From Desulfatiglandales bacterium (lineage in GTDB: Bacteria; Desulfobacterota; DSM-4660; Desulfatiglandales; Desulfatiglandaceae): a stretch of DNA of 64,000 nucleotides. The position numbers and the translations under genes are program-made. Shown here piece after piece: positions 38,103-47,677 of this stretch. Below the pieces are notes generated by a model, which saw nothing but the letters and a program-made list of their open reading frames with translations, was not told where the DNA came from and ran no database searches. The DNA is taken from the NCBI GenBank assembly GCA_963666345.1, contig OY762721.1, forward strand, positions 256,001 through 320,000, given 5' to 3'. Every line of letters begins with the position of its first letter. Position 1 is the first letter of the stretch.

Positions 38103-38287
38103 GTGTAATCTCTTAACATGTTATTTCCAATCCTGATTAGATGTCCATCCGGAAACCGGATTACAGGCATCGGCAAATTTCCGGACTGAACCTGGAACCT
38201 GGACATGTGACAACAAACGATATTTTGCCGTGTTGTCTTTACGATCCGCCGTAATCGACCCGTCCGATTGGGGGAAAGCAGTCGACC

Positions 38288-38662
38288 ATGGGCATTTCAG
38301 AATCGATATTAATCGCGGAACCTGTTGAGGGAATCTCAAGCGAACTGGACCGGTTTCTGAGTGAGACAGGTCTCAGCAGCGTGAGGGCGAAATCGCTTAA
38401 AGAGACAATACTCTGCCTCCAGGCTCAGAGATTTGATGCACTAATCCTTGATTCATCCCTTCTTGAACAGGACTGCGGATTCATATCCATAATCAAGGGG
38501 ATAGAAGAACAACTCCCCATCATAATCTGCGCCGACGTAAACACGCCTCAGCTTGAAAGCGATATACGTCAGCAGGGTATTTTCTACTACCACATAAAGT
38601 CCTTTGGAATCCAGGAACTGGAAATGGCAATTTCCAACGCCATCAAGAGGCAATCCTGTTGA
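38288..38662 (+). CDS. Atypical stand-alone receiver-like protein
   Basis: ILIAE...LILDSSL...LPIII...YHIKSF: receiver fold with a degenerate acidic pocket. Confidence 0.7.
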   Translation: MGISESILIAEPVEGISSELDRFLSETGLSSVRAKSLKETILCLQAQRFDALILDSSLLEQDCGFISIIKGIEEQLPIIICADVNTPQLESDIRQQGIFYYHIKSFGIQELEMAISNAIKRQSC

Positions 38663-38679
38663 CTCAGGAGGTCGACCGA

Positions 38680-39555
38680 ATGTCTATCAGTGAAAAGATC
38701 GAAGCTGGAAAATATGTTCTTCTAGGAGAATTTGAACCACCTAAAGGTCCTAATTTTTCGGGCCTTTTACGTAACGCCAATCACGTCAAGGGGCGGCTTG
38801 ACGCCCTTGTAATTCCTGAGATGGCAAATGCGGTTGTCAAGGCCAGTTCCCTGGGCGGATGCGCGTTTCTGGCAAGACACGGCTTTAATGCCGTGTTCCA
38901 GGCCTCCTGCCGCGACAGAAACAGACTGGCCCTGCAGGCCGATCTGCTGGCCGCTTCCGCCCTCGGCGTATCAGATATGATGGCGGTTAACGGCGAGGAT
39001 ATAAGATTCGGAGATCAACCCCAGGCAAGATCGGTATATGACGTTGATCTCATGCAGCTTATTGAAACCATGGCCGGTCTTAGAAAAGGAAAGGATATGG
39101 CCGGGATAGAACTGAACAGCACCCCGCGCTTCTCAATAGGCGCCACGATAAATGCGGGCGCTATGGGCGGGGCCCTGGACATAGAACTTGAGAACCTTGA
39201 GAAGATGATAGATCAAGGTGTTGAATTTGTTATCACAACTCCCGTATTCGACATGCACCGCTTTAATCAGTTTGCAAGGAGAATAGCAGGAATGAGCATC
39301 TCGGTCATCCCAACGGTCCTCTTGTTGAAATCAGCGGGAATGGCCCGCTATATCGACAGGAATATAAAGAACATCTCCATCCCCTCAGACCTAATAAGAG
39401 ACATTCAAAAATCGCCTGATAAACTAAAGCAATGCATTAAGATTACTGCTGATCTTATTGTAAAATTTAAGGAAAAAGGAATGGCAGGAGTCATGATATC
39501 AACCATGGGGTGGGAGGACAGGCTGCCCCTGATCCTTGATGAGGCCAGACTCTGA
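38680..39555 (+). CDS. Divergent MetF-family (MTHFR-like) protein
   Basis: GEFEPPKG, CRDRNRLALQADL, GVEFVIT-T-P, MARY. Start at ATG 38680 after AGGAGG. Confidence 0.85.
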   Translation: MSISEKIEAGKYVLLGEFEPPKGPNFSGLLRNANHVKGRLDALVIPEMANAVVKASSLGGCAFLARHGFNAVFQASCRDRNRLALQADLLAASALGVSDMMAVNGEDIRFGDQPQARSVYDVDLMQLIETMAGLRKGKDMAGIELNSTPRFSIGATINAGAMGGALDIELENLEKMIDQGVEFVITTPVFDMHRFNQFARRIAGMSISVIPTVLLLKSAGMARYIDRNIKNISIPSDLIRDIQKSPDKLKQCIKITADLIVKFKEKGMAGVMISTMGWEDRLPLILDEARL

Positions 39556-39580
39556 TAATCAAAAAAGGCGAGGTGTTTTC

Positions 39581-42500
39581 ATGACGGCATCAGGTAAGGC
39601 TCCAAGCGGTTCGGTCATGGTCGTCGGTGCAGGGATAACCGGTATGCAGGCGGCCCTGGACCTGGCTAGTTCCGGCTACTATGTTCATCTGGTGGAGAAC
39701 TCATCAAGCATAGGAGGAATGATGGCCAGGCTGGACAAGACCTTCCCTACCAACGACTGCGCCATGTGAATAATCTCGCCCAAACTGGTCGAGGTCGGCC
39801 GGCACCTGAACATAAACATAATCACCAACAGCTCAATAGAATCCATAAGCGGTGAGCCTGGAGATTTTTCAGTCGCCCTCCTTAACCGCCCGAGGTATGT
39901 CGACACGGAAAAATGTACCGGTTGCGGGGAATGCGCCAAGTATTGTCCCATATCCGTTCAAAATCTCTACAATCTCGGCCTTGACCGCAGGAATGCAACC
40001 TATATGGAATATCCTCAGGCAATTCCGCTTGCATTCGCAATAGACGATGAGTCATGCATCGGCTGCGGTCTCTGCGAAAAGATGTGCATTGCAGGAGCCA
40101 TCAACTATGAAGACAGGGCGAGGACCTCGATCCTTGACGTGGGCGCCTTGATTCTATGTCCCGGAAGCAAGGGGTTTGATCCTTCCGGGCTGGACATATA
40201 TGGCTACGGCAGGCACGCTAACGTTGTTACAAGCGAGGAGTTCGAAAGGATTCTGAGCGCCTCAGGGCCATATAGAGGCAACCTGATGAGGCCGCTTGAC
40301 AGGGAGGCGCCTCAAAAAATCGCCTGGATCCAGTGTGTGGGCTCAAGAGACACGAATCGATGCGACAAGGGATACTGCTCCTCCGTATGCTGCATGTATG
40401 CCATCAAAGAGGCCATGATAGCCAAAGAGCACTGCCAGGGCCGGCTGGAATGCAAGATCTTCAACATGGATATGAGGACATTTGGAAAGGATTATGAAAG
40501 ATATCTTCTCAGGGCCAGGGATGAAGCGGGAATAAAATTTATCAAATCAAGGATCCATACCATAGATGAGATAAGGGAATCCGGGGATCTTTCCATAACA
40601 TACTCGGATGAGCTGGGACAGCTGCTCACCGAGACCTTTAACATGGTCGTCCTGTCGGTGGGGCTAGAGATACCCCCATCCGTAATAGAGCTTGCAGGGC
40701 GTATAGGGGTGGAAACCGACTCATACGGCTTCGCAAAATCATCTCCCCTTGATCCGGTTGAAAGCTCAAGGCCGGGTATTTTTCTGGCCGGAGTCTTTCA
40801 GGGCCCCAAGGATATCCCCGCCTCCGTTACAGAGGCAAGCGCCGCGGCCTGTTCTGTTTCCACCATTCTGTCCGATTCAAGGGGCAAGGACGCAAAAGAT
40901 TTTCACGTTCCGGCCGAAAAGGACGTGTCTCTGGAAGAGCCTAGGATAGGGGTCTTTGTCTGTAACTGCGGAATAAACATAGCAGGGGTGGTGGATGTGC
41001 CGACGGTGACGGCCTATGCCGCACGCCTGCCTTTTGTGACCTTTGCCGATCACAATCTATTTACCTGCTCTCAGGATACACAGGACAAGATAAGAGAGGT
41101 TATAAGGAAAAAGGGCCTCAACCGGGTAGTGGTTGCCTCATGTTCTCCAAGGACGCACGAGGCGCTTTTTCAGGAGACCCTGCAGGCCTGCGGCCTCAAT
41201 AAATACCTTTTCGAGATGGCCAACATAAGGGATCAGGACTCATGGGTGCATGCAAACGATCCGGAAGCGGCCACGGAAAAGGCGAAAGATCTTGTCAGGA
41301 TGGCCGTGGCACGGGCGGGGCTTCTCAAACCTCTTAAGGAAAAACGGATACCCATCAACAAACGGGCACTGGTGATAGGTGGAGGCGTATCCGGGATGAA
41401 CAGCGCCCTGGGGCTTGCCGATCAGGGCTTTGACGTCGTTCTTGTCGAAAAGGAGGTCGGGCTGGGGGGACTGTCATCAGAGCTAATCAGGACTATTGAA
41501 GGTAAAGACATTCAAAGATACCTTCTTGAGACGATCGAAAAAGTGAGCAGCCATGAAAGGATTCAGGTGCTGCTTGGATCCCTTATCGTCGGCTTCACCG
41601 GATTCAAGGGCAACTTTACCACAGAGGTAATTGTAGGCCCAGGCATGTATGAACGCAAGATTGACCATGGAGTGGCCATACTGGCCACGGGCGCAAAAGA
41701 ATACCGGCCCACGGAGTATTTTTACGGTCAGGACCCTCATGTCCTAACCCAGATAGAACTGGGGCAGAGGCTCGACCTGAAAGGGGCTGATGATCTCAAA
41801 AACGTGGTAATGATCCAGTGCGTCGGATCAAGGAACAGGGAAAACCCAATATGTTCCCGTGTGTGCTGTCAAAGCGCCGTAAAAAACGCGATCCTAATAA
41901 AGGAACTCAACCCTCAAACCAACGTGTACATACTTTATCGTGACATGCGCACCTACGGCATGATGGAGAGATACTATTCCGAGGCAAGACAGAGGGGTAT
42001 AATATTTGTCCGCTTTTCAGAGGAGCGCCCTCCCCTTGTCGAACAGGGTGAAGAAGGACTGTCGGTCACCTTCAGGGACCATATAATAGATATGGACTTA
42101 AGGATCAATGCCGATCTGCTGGTATTGAGCGCCGGCATGGTACCTGAAAACACCCGGGAGCTGGCCTCGATAATGAAATTGCCCAGGAACGGAGAAGGAT
42201 ACTTTATTGAGGCCCATGCGAAGCTTCGTCCGGTGGATCTGGCAAATGAAGGCATATTCATATGCGGGACAGCACACAGTCCGAAACTGATATCCGAATC
42301 GATTACCCAGGCAAAGGCTGCCGCATCAAGGGCCGCGACCTTCTTATCACAGCCGGAGATAGTGCTTTCCGCCGTGACCGCGAAGGTAGATCCGGACATG
42401 TGCGCCTCATGCCTCATATGCGTAAGGTCCTGTCCTTACGGGGTGCCCAGGATAAACCAGGAGGGGGTAAGCGAAATAGACGAGGCCCTGTGTCACGGAT

Positions 42501-42607
42501 GCGGCATATGTGCTGCGGAATGTCCTGCAAAGGCAATAGAACTGAGATGGTACCGGGACGATCAGATTATGAGCAAACTGGACGCACTGTTCGAAGGAGT
42601 CATCTGA
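39581..42607 (+). CDS. hdrA: HdrA-like flavoprotein, tandem FAD domains, selenocysteine at codon 63 (1008 aa)
   Basis: Track ORFs 39536-39769 and 40004-42607 are one frame broken only by TGA 39767-39769 in LDKTFPTNDCAM[U]IISPKL, a conserved Cys/Sec position. The intervening frame is open and encodes CTGCGECAKYCP. Confidence 0.92.
39785..39802 (+). promoter_or_regulatory. Putative SECIS of hdrA
   Basis: CTGGTCG-AGGT-CGGCCGG stem-loop; loop GG lies 23 nt after the TGA. Confidence 0.65.
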
Positions 42608-43038
42608 TGAAGGATAACGAACCGATAATAGTGGCATTCTGCTGCAATTTCTGAGGTTACACCGCCGCGGACCTGGCAGGTTCGATGCGCATTCATTACC
42701 CAGGCTCAATCAGGATAATAAGGGTTCCCTGTACCGGCAAGGTCGACCTGATCCATATACTGAGGGCCTTTGAAAAGGGTGCAGACGGTGTCTATGTGGT
42801 AGGCTGTCTGGAAGGAGACTGCCGCTTTGAAAACGGAAACCTGAGGGCGAAACTGAGGGTCAGGCAGGCGAAAAAGATCCTGGACAGCATAGGAATAGGC
42901 GGGGAACGGGTACAGATGTTCAATCTCTCATCAGGGGAAGGACCGAGGTTCGCGGAGATTGCAACTGAAATGACGCAGAAGGTGAAAGAGCTGGGTCCGA
43001 ATCCGGTCAAGAGGGTAAACACGGATAGGGCGGCGTAG
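42607..43038 (+). CDS. mvhD: MvhD/FlpD subunit, selenocysteine at codon 16 (143 aa)
   Basis: ATG overlaps the hdrA stop (TGATG); MKDNEPIIVAFCCNF[TGA 42652-42654]GYTAADLAG continues in frame into track ORF 42685-43038 (VPCTGK, VGCLEGDC). Confidence 0.92.
42668..42684 (+). promoter_or_regulatory. Putative SECIS of mvhD
   Basis: CGGACCT-GGC-AGGTTCG stem-loop; loop GG lies 20 nt after the TGA. Confidence 0.6.
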
Positions 43039-43071
43039 GATTTACAATCCAAAAAAGCGAGGTAACCCTTC

Positions 43072-43740
43072 ATGATAGTCGCGGGAAAAAAGCCGATAGA
43101 GGAAATCATCGAGCAGGTGGAGCCATTCAGCTCAATCCTTGTGGCCGGATGCAACGAATGTGTGACAGTGTGTGAGGCCGGAGGGAAAAAGGAGGTGGGG
43201 GTGATCGCTTCCGCCCTCAGAATGTATTTCATGAACCAGGGCAAAGAGGTCAAAATTGATGAGATAACCTTTGAGCGCCAATGTGACCGTGAATTCCTGG
43301 AAGAGCTGAGGGACCGTGCAGACAGGTATGACGCGATCCTGTCCCTTGCATGCGGTGCCGGAGTACAGTTCATGGCCGAGACATACCCTTCCCTGCCGGT
43401 ATTTCCGGGAGTAAACACCTCTTTCATCGGGGTGACGGAACAGAGGGGATTGTGGACCGAGCGCTGCCAGGGATGCGGAGACTGCATCCTGGGCCGGACA
43501 GCCGGGATCTGCCCTATATCCAGATGCGCCAAGAGGCTGCTCAACGGCCCGTGCGGCGGATCCACAAAAGGAAAATGCGAAATCAACAAGGAACTCGACT
43601 GTGCATGGCAGCTTATTATCGAAAGGCTCAAGGAACTGGGCCGGCTTGAGGATTATGAAAAGATAATTCCGATAAAGGACTGGTCCTGTGAAAGGGCGGG
43701 CGGTCCGAGAAAAGTCGTCAGGGAGGATGTAATACTATGA
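43072..43740 (+). CDS. metV: MetV (second copy)
   Basis: GCNECVTVC..GG, ERQCD, CQGCGDC...GICPISRCAKRLLNGPCGG; same length (222 aa) as the first copy. Confidence 0.88.
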   Translation: MIVAGKKPIEEIIEQVEPFSSILVAGCNECVTVCEAGGKKEVGVIASALRMYFMNQGKEVKIDEITFERQCDREFLEELRDRADRYDAILSLACGAGVQFMAETYPSLPVFPGVNTSFIGVTEQRGLWTERCQGCGDCILGRTAGICPISRCAKRLLNGPCGGSTKGKCEINKELDCAWQLIIERLKELGRLEDYEKIIPIKDWSCERAGGPRKVVREDVIL

Positions 43741-44666
43741 GCGGCACACCCAGCAGACTTGAAAAGATTCTCACCCAAGGCCACCTCGCAGTCACCTCTG
43801 AATGCGGTCCGCCCAGGGGCAGCGATCCGGAGGCGATTACAAAAAAGGCGGATATGATAAAGGCCCATGTGGATGCGATAAACATCACGGATAATCAGAC
43901 CTCGGTGACAAGGCTCTGCAGTCTGGCAGCCTGCATTCATCTCAAGTTGAAGGGGGTTGAACCGGTCCTTCAGATGGTTACCCGCGACAGGAATCGAATA
44001 GCACTTCAAAGCGATATACTGGGGGCATCCTCTTTTGACATACACAACATATTATGCCTGTCGGGAGATCACCAGCAATTCGGGGACAACCCGAAAGCTC
44101 AGAACGTATTTGACCTTGATTCCATTCACCTGATCCAGACGGTAAAACAGATGAGAGATGAAGGAAAATTTTTGGGCGGAGACGACATCAACAGGCCACC
44201 TAAGATGTTCATAGGTGCCGCCGCCAATCCCTTTGCAGACCCTTTTGAAATAAGGGTCCCCAGGCTTGCCAAAAAGGTCGCAGCTGGCGTCGAGTTCATA
44301 CAGACCCAGTGTATCTACAACCTTGATCGCTTCGAGGAGTGGATGAAACAGGCAAGAGACAGGGGGCTTCACAAAAAGGTCTTCATACTGGCGGGACTCA
44401 CCCCCCTGAAGTCCGCCGGTATGGCCAAGTATATGAGAAACAGGGTGCCTGGCATGGATGTGCCGGAGGAGGTCGTAAAAAGGATGAGCGGCGTGCCGAA
44501 AGAAGAACAGGCCCGGGAAGGAATAAAGATATGCGTGGAGTCGATCCAAAGGCTGAAAGAGGTAGAGGGGGTGAGCGGCTTTCACATAATGGCCATAGAA
44601 TGGGAGGAGATGGTCCCGGAGATAGTTGAAAAAGGGGGGCTTTATCCGAGACCCGAGGCCGGATAA
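43737..44666 (+). CDS. metF: MetF (second canonical copy)
   Basis: SECGPP, NITDNQT, RDRNRIALQSD, LSGDH, KKVAAGVEFIQTQ; 309 aa like the first copy. Confidence 0.95.
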   Translation: MSGTPSRLEKILTQGHLAVTSECGPPRGSDPEAITKKADMIKAHVDAINITDNQTSVTRLCSLAACIHLKLKGVEPVLQMVTRDRNRIALQSDILGASSFDIHNILCLSGDHQQFGDNPKAQNVFDLDSIHLIQTVKQMRDEGKFLGGDDINRPPKMFIGAAANPFADPFEIRVPRLAKKVAAGVEFIQTQCIYNLDRFEEWMKQARDRGLHKKVFILAGLTPLKSAGMAKYMRNRVPGMDVPEEVVKRMSGVPKEEQAREGIKICVESIQRLKEVEGVSGFHIMAIEWEEMVPEIVEKGGLYPRPEAG

Positions 44667-44827
44667 TATAGCAGGGGCCCTTTGGACCTCCTTGCTCTGA
44701 TTTTCTCACTCATTTTCAACAGTAAAAGTCAATTATTTAGCTGAATTTAGTTTTCAAAATTGTTATAATAAATTTTATGGGGTAAATCGTTGCAACTAGC
44801 TGATATTCATTTACAGGAGGTTACATT

Positions 44828-45208
44828 ATGTCCAGGAAATATATACTCGTAGTTGATGATGACCCTGATCTCGTTGAAACAGTTGCCATGATGCTGGAGA
44901 GTAAAGATTGTGAAGTAGGCCGCGCATATGACGGGGTTGAAGCCGAGCAATCTATAAAGGAGAGACGCCCCGACCTGATAGTCTTAGACGTAATGATGCC
45001 CAGAAAGGACGGTTATGTGCTCTGCTCGGAGTTAAAGGCGGATGAACAGACCAGGAATATCCCTATTGTGCTGTTGACCGCCGTGGGTGAGGCGGTCCCT
45101 ACGACCACCTATACACACGCGGACGGCATGTCCACGGAGGCCGACGATTACATCGCAAAACCTATTGATACTGAAGGCATGTGGGCCGTTGTAAGCAATC
45201 TGCTTTGA
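44828..45208 (+). CDS. Single-domain response regulator
   Basis: LVVDDD, VLDVMMP, LLTA, YIAKP. Confidence 0.92.
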   Translation: MSRKYILVVDDDPDLVETVAMMLESKDCEVGRAYDGVEAEQSIKERRPDLIVLDVMMPRKDGYVLCSELKADEQTRNIPIVLLTAVGEAVPTTTYTHADGMSTEADDYIAKPIDTEGMWAVVSNLL

Positions 45209-45226
45209 TTAAATATCAGGCACCTG

Positions 45227-46240
45227 ATGACCCTCAATACAAGACTCGGCGGATTCAAGATCTTGAAACAGGTGGGCTGGATTTCGTTCAGGGCGTCTGC
45301 GGGACAAAAGGCTGCTGCTGCGAAATTCTCCCACCTCATGGCAAAAGAGAAAATAAACATTTCATTCCTTAACTGCGCTTACCGGGGGCATTGCTGGAAC
45401 CTGGACGCAGTGGTCGATGCTGCCCAGGCACGGTCTCTATCCGCCAAAGTGGAAAAAATAGTTGGGGTCGCGAATCAAAAAAGCAACAGGAGTTCGATCC
45501 TTTCCCTTTTTCCCCACAAAAGCAATCCCGAAATAACTGCGGAACTCATAAGACTGCTTGTCGACAAATCGATCCAACCCGCCTCAATCGCACAATCGAG
45601 TTCATCAATATCCGTGGTCGTCAAAGAGAGTTTAATTGAAACGGTTACTAAGGCCCTTTTCAGTTCCTTCGACTTCAGCACCTACAGGACACCGGAGGAC
45701 TGGAAACTGGCCCAAAAGGGAAAGGAGCGGCTATTTAAAGAGGTCGTTGCATCCTATCAGGAAAAAAAACCCAAGGTCTACAGCCTCGATCTGCATGAGA
45801 ATCAGGTCCTGTTCAGACTCGACCTTTACCGGGGTCGGGTTCATCAGTTCTGCCTTCTCCTGGAAAGGCTGGCACGGGAAGAAATCGGCATTCCCTTCTT
45901 TATATCAAGCCCTTTTGAGAAAAAGGAGGGCTGGAAGGTCTTTCTCTGCCTCCCGGGACCGGATCATAATTACCGGCGGATGTTCAAGGACATGTCCTGT
46001 CTGAATCAGATTACTTCAAGTGTGCCGGTATCGGTGTTTTCAATGACAGGACCTCATTTCGGTGACCGCTACGGCATAGCAAGTGAGATATTTCTATCCA
46101 TTGAGGATTCAGGTAGCGATCTGATGGGGCTGTGCTGCTCAATCGCCACGGTAACGGGCCTGCTACCCCAAAAACAGGTCCGGAAGGCGGCAGGCTCCCT
46201 TCAAAGACACTTTGATATCCCCGCGGTCGTTATAAAATAG
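45227..46240 (+). CDS. Tandem ACT-like domain protein (aspartokinase regulatory-domain-like)
   Basis: MAKEKINISFL, SSSSISVVVKE, VFSMTGPHFGDRYGIASEIF segments; no kinase domain recognised. Confidence 0.6.
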   Translation: MTLNTRLGGFKILKQVGWISFRASAGQKAAAAKFSHLMAKEKINISFLNCAYRGHCWNLDAVVDAAQARSLSAKVEKIVGVANQKSNRSSILSLFPHKSNPEITAELIRLLVDKSIQPASIAQSSSSISVVVKESLIETVTKALFSSFDFSTYRTPEDWKLAQKGKERLFKEVVASYQEKKPKVYSLDLHENQVLFRLDLYRGRVHQFCLLLERLAREEIGIPFFISSPFEKKEGWKVFLCLPGPDHNYRRMFKDMSCLNQITSSVPVSVFSMTGPHFGDRYGIASEIFLSIEDSGSDLMGLCCSIATVTGLLPQKQVRKAAGSLQRHFDIPAVVIK

Positions 46241-46256
46241 TCCGGCCCCGGAAGGT

Positions 46257-47330
46257 TCATCCCCTTTCACCGTAATTTTTCTCCATCCATTTCAGATAAT
46301 CGCCTGATCGGATAGATTCAACCCACTCCATGTGGTCCAGGTACCAATCGACCGTTGCCTCCATGGCCGTCTTGAATTCGTTTTTCGGTCGCCAGGCAAG
46401 CTCTTCACTTATCTTTGAGGCATCTATGGCATAACGTTTATCATGCCCCGGTCTGTCCGCGACAAATCGAATCAGCCTCCTGCCGGAATGCTCCCCTGTC
46501 CTTCCAAGCCGTCTGTCCATTACGTCGCACAGGGTATGTACTATCTCAAGATTCGTTCTTTCTTCATTCCCTCCGATATTATAGGTCTGGCCGGGCTCTG
46601 CCAGCTCAAACACCCTGAGAAGCGCATCGCAGTGATCAACCACGTACAGCCAGTCTCTGACATTGCTGCCGTCCCCGTAAACCGGCAGAGGTTTTTCTTC
46701 CAGTATATTGAGTATCATCAAGGGGATCAGTTTTTCCGGGAACTGATAGGGACCATAGTTGTTGGAGCAATTGGTTATGACAGCCGGAAGGCCGTAGGTC
46801 CTGTTATAGGCCCGCACAAAATGATCTGATGCGGCCTTTGAGGCGGAATAAGGACTTGAGGGATCATAAGGGGTCTTTTCCGTGAAATAGCCGTCTTGAC
46901 CAAGACTTCCGTACACTTCGTCAGTCGATACATGGAGAAACCGGAAGCCTTCTCCCACCTTCCCGTTCTCCCAGGCCCTCCTGGACGATTCAAGCATGCG
47001 GAAGGTCCCGAGCACGTTCGTCTCTACAAACCGGTCAGGTTCATAAATAGACCTGTCAACGTGCGATTCCGCAGCAAGATGAACGACCCCGTCAAAGATT
47101 TCCTCCCGGAACAGGTGATCAAGCGGTTTTTCATCCCTTATATCGCCCCTGATCAGTCTGTGACGACTGGACAGTTCAGGCGAAAGGTCCTCAAAATTGG
47201 CCGGATTACCAGCATAGGTCAGGCAGTCAAAACTAACGATACTCCATTGTTTCTTCTGCTCGAGTACGTAACGGACGAAATTGGATCCTATAAAACCGGC
47301 GGCACCGGTGACAAGAAGTCTTTTCTGCAT
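46257..47330 (-). CDS. rfbB: dTDP-glucose 4,6-dehydratase
   Basis: TGAAGFIGSNF, HLAAESHVDRS, HVSTDEVYG, SPYSASK, NCSNNYGPYQFPEKLIP, DRPGHD.RY. Confidence 0.97.
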   Translation of the reverse strand: MQKRLLVTGAAGFIGSNFVRYVLEQKKQWSIVSFDCLTYAGNPANFEDLSPELSSRHRLIRGDIRDEKPLDHLFREEIFDGVVHLAAESHVDRSIYEPDRFVETNVLGTFRMLESSRRAWENGKVGEGFRFLHVSTDEVYGSLGQDGYFTEKTPYDPSSPYSASKAASDHFVRAYNRTYGLPAVITNCSNNYGPYQFPEKLIPLMILNILEEKPLPVYGDGSNVRDWLYVVDHCDALLRVFELAEPGQTYNIGGNEERTNLEIVHTLCDVMDRRLGRTGEHSGRRLIRFVADRPGHDKRYAIDASKISEELAWRPKNEFKTAMEATVDWYLDHMEWVESIRSGDYLKWMEKNYGERG

Positions 47331-47403
47331 AATCTATTCCGATCATCTTAAAGTGTTATCATCTTTTGATTAATTTTCTCTTTCTGCGCCATTATCGTGT
47401 CTT

Positions 47404-47450
47404 ATCCCTGCCCATATAGATATGGGCAGGGATCTTGACATCGGTCAAGA
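47404..47450. repeat. Two adjacent inverted repeats upstream of rfbB
   Basis: ATCCCTGCCCATAT-AG-ATATGGGCAGGGAT followed by TCTTGAC-ATCG-GTCAAGA. Confidence 0.6.
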
Positions 47451-47504
47451 CGTTTGATATGAGGCAGAATTCATTCGGCTGAGGGCGGTATCTGACACTG
47501 TTGA

Positions 47505-47653
47505 CCAATCACTGACATACTCGGTCTTTTCATGCTCTCCGCTCCCGCCGTTAGGCGGTCCCAGCGCCGGCAAGTAGGCAAGACCTACTGCAGCCTTATT
47601 ACCTCGTCTGCGTATCCATCGATTATCCGGTGAACCGTATCCATCTCATGCAT
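47505..47653 (-). pseudogene. 5' remnant of an M20-family metallohydrolase-like gene
   Basis: MDTVHRIIDGYADEVIRLQ* then, after a frameshift, LAYLPALGPPNGGSGEHEKTEYV; resembles the N-terminus of DapE/ArgE-like M20 enzymes. Confidence 0.5.
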
Positions 47654-47677
47654 CCGCCCTGCCCCCCGCGTTGTCTT

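Noticed and set aside
38654..38700. C-terminal Cys-TGA of the receiver-like gene as a CU selenoprotein motif
   Set aside because: No suitably spaced hairpin; the downstream sequence is the RBS and start of the next gene, so it is an ordinary stop.
39536..40003. Reading hdrA and mvhD of module 2 as nonsense-broken pseudogenes
   Set aside because: Each has a single TGA at a Cys-aligned site with a downstream hairpin and otherwise intact frame; Sec recoding explains both.
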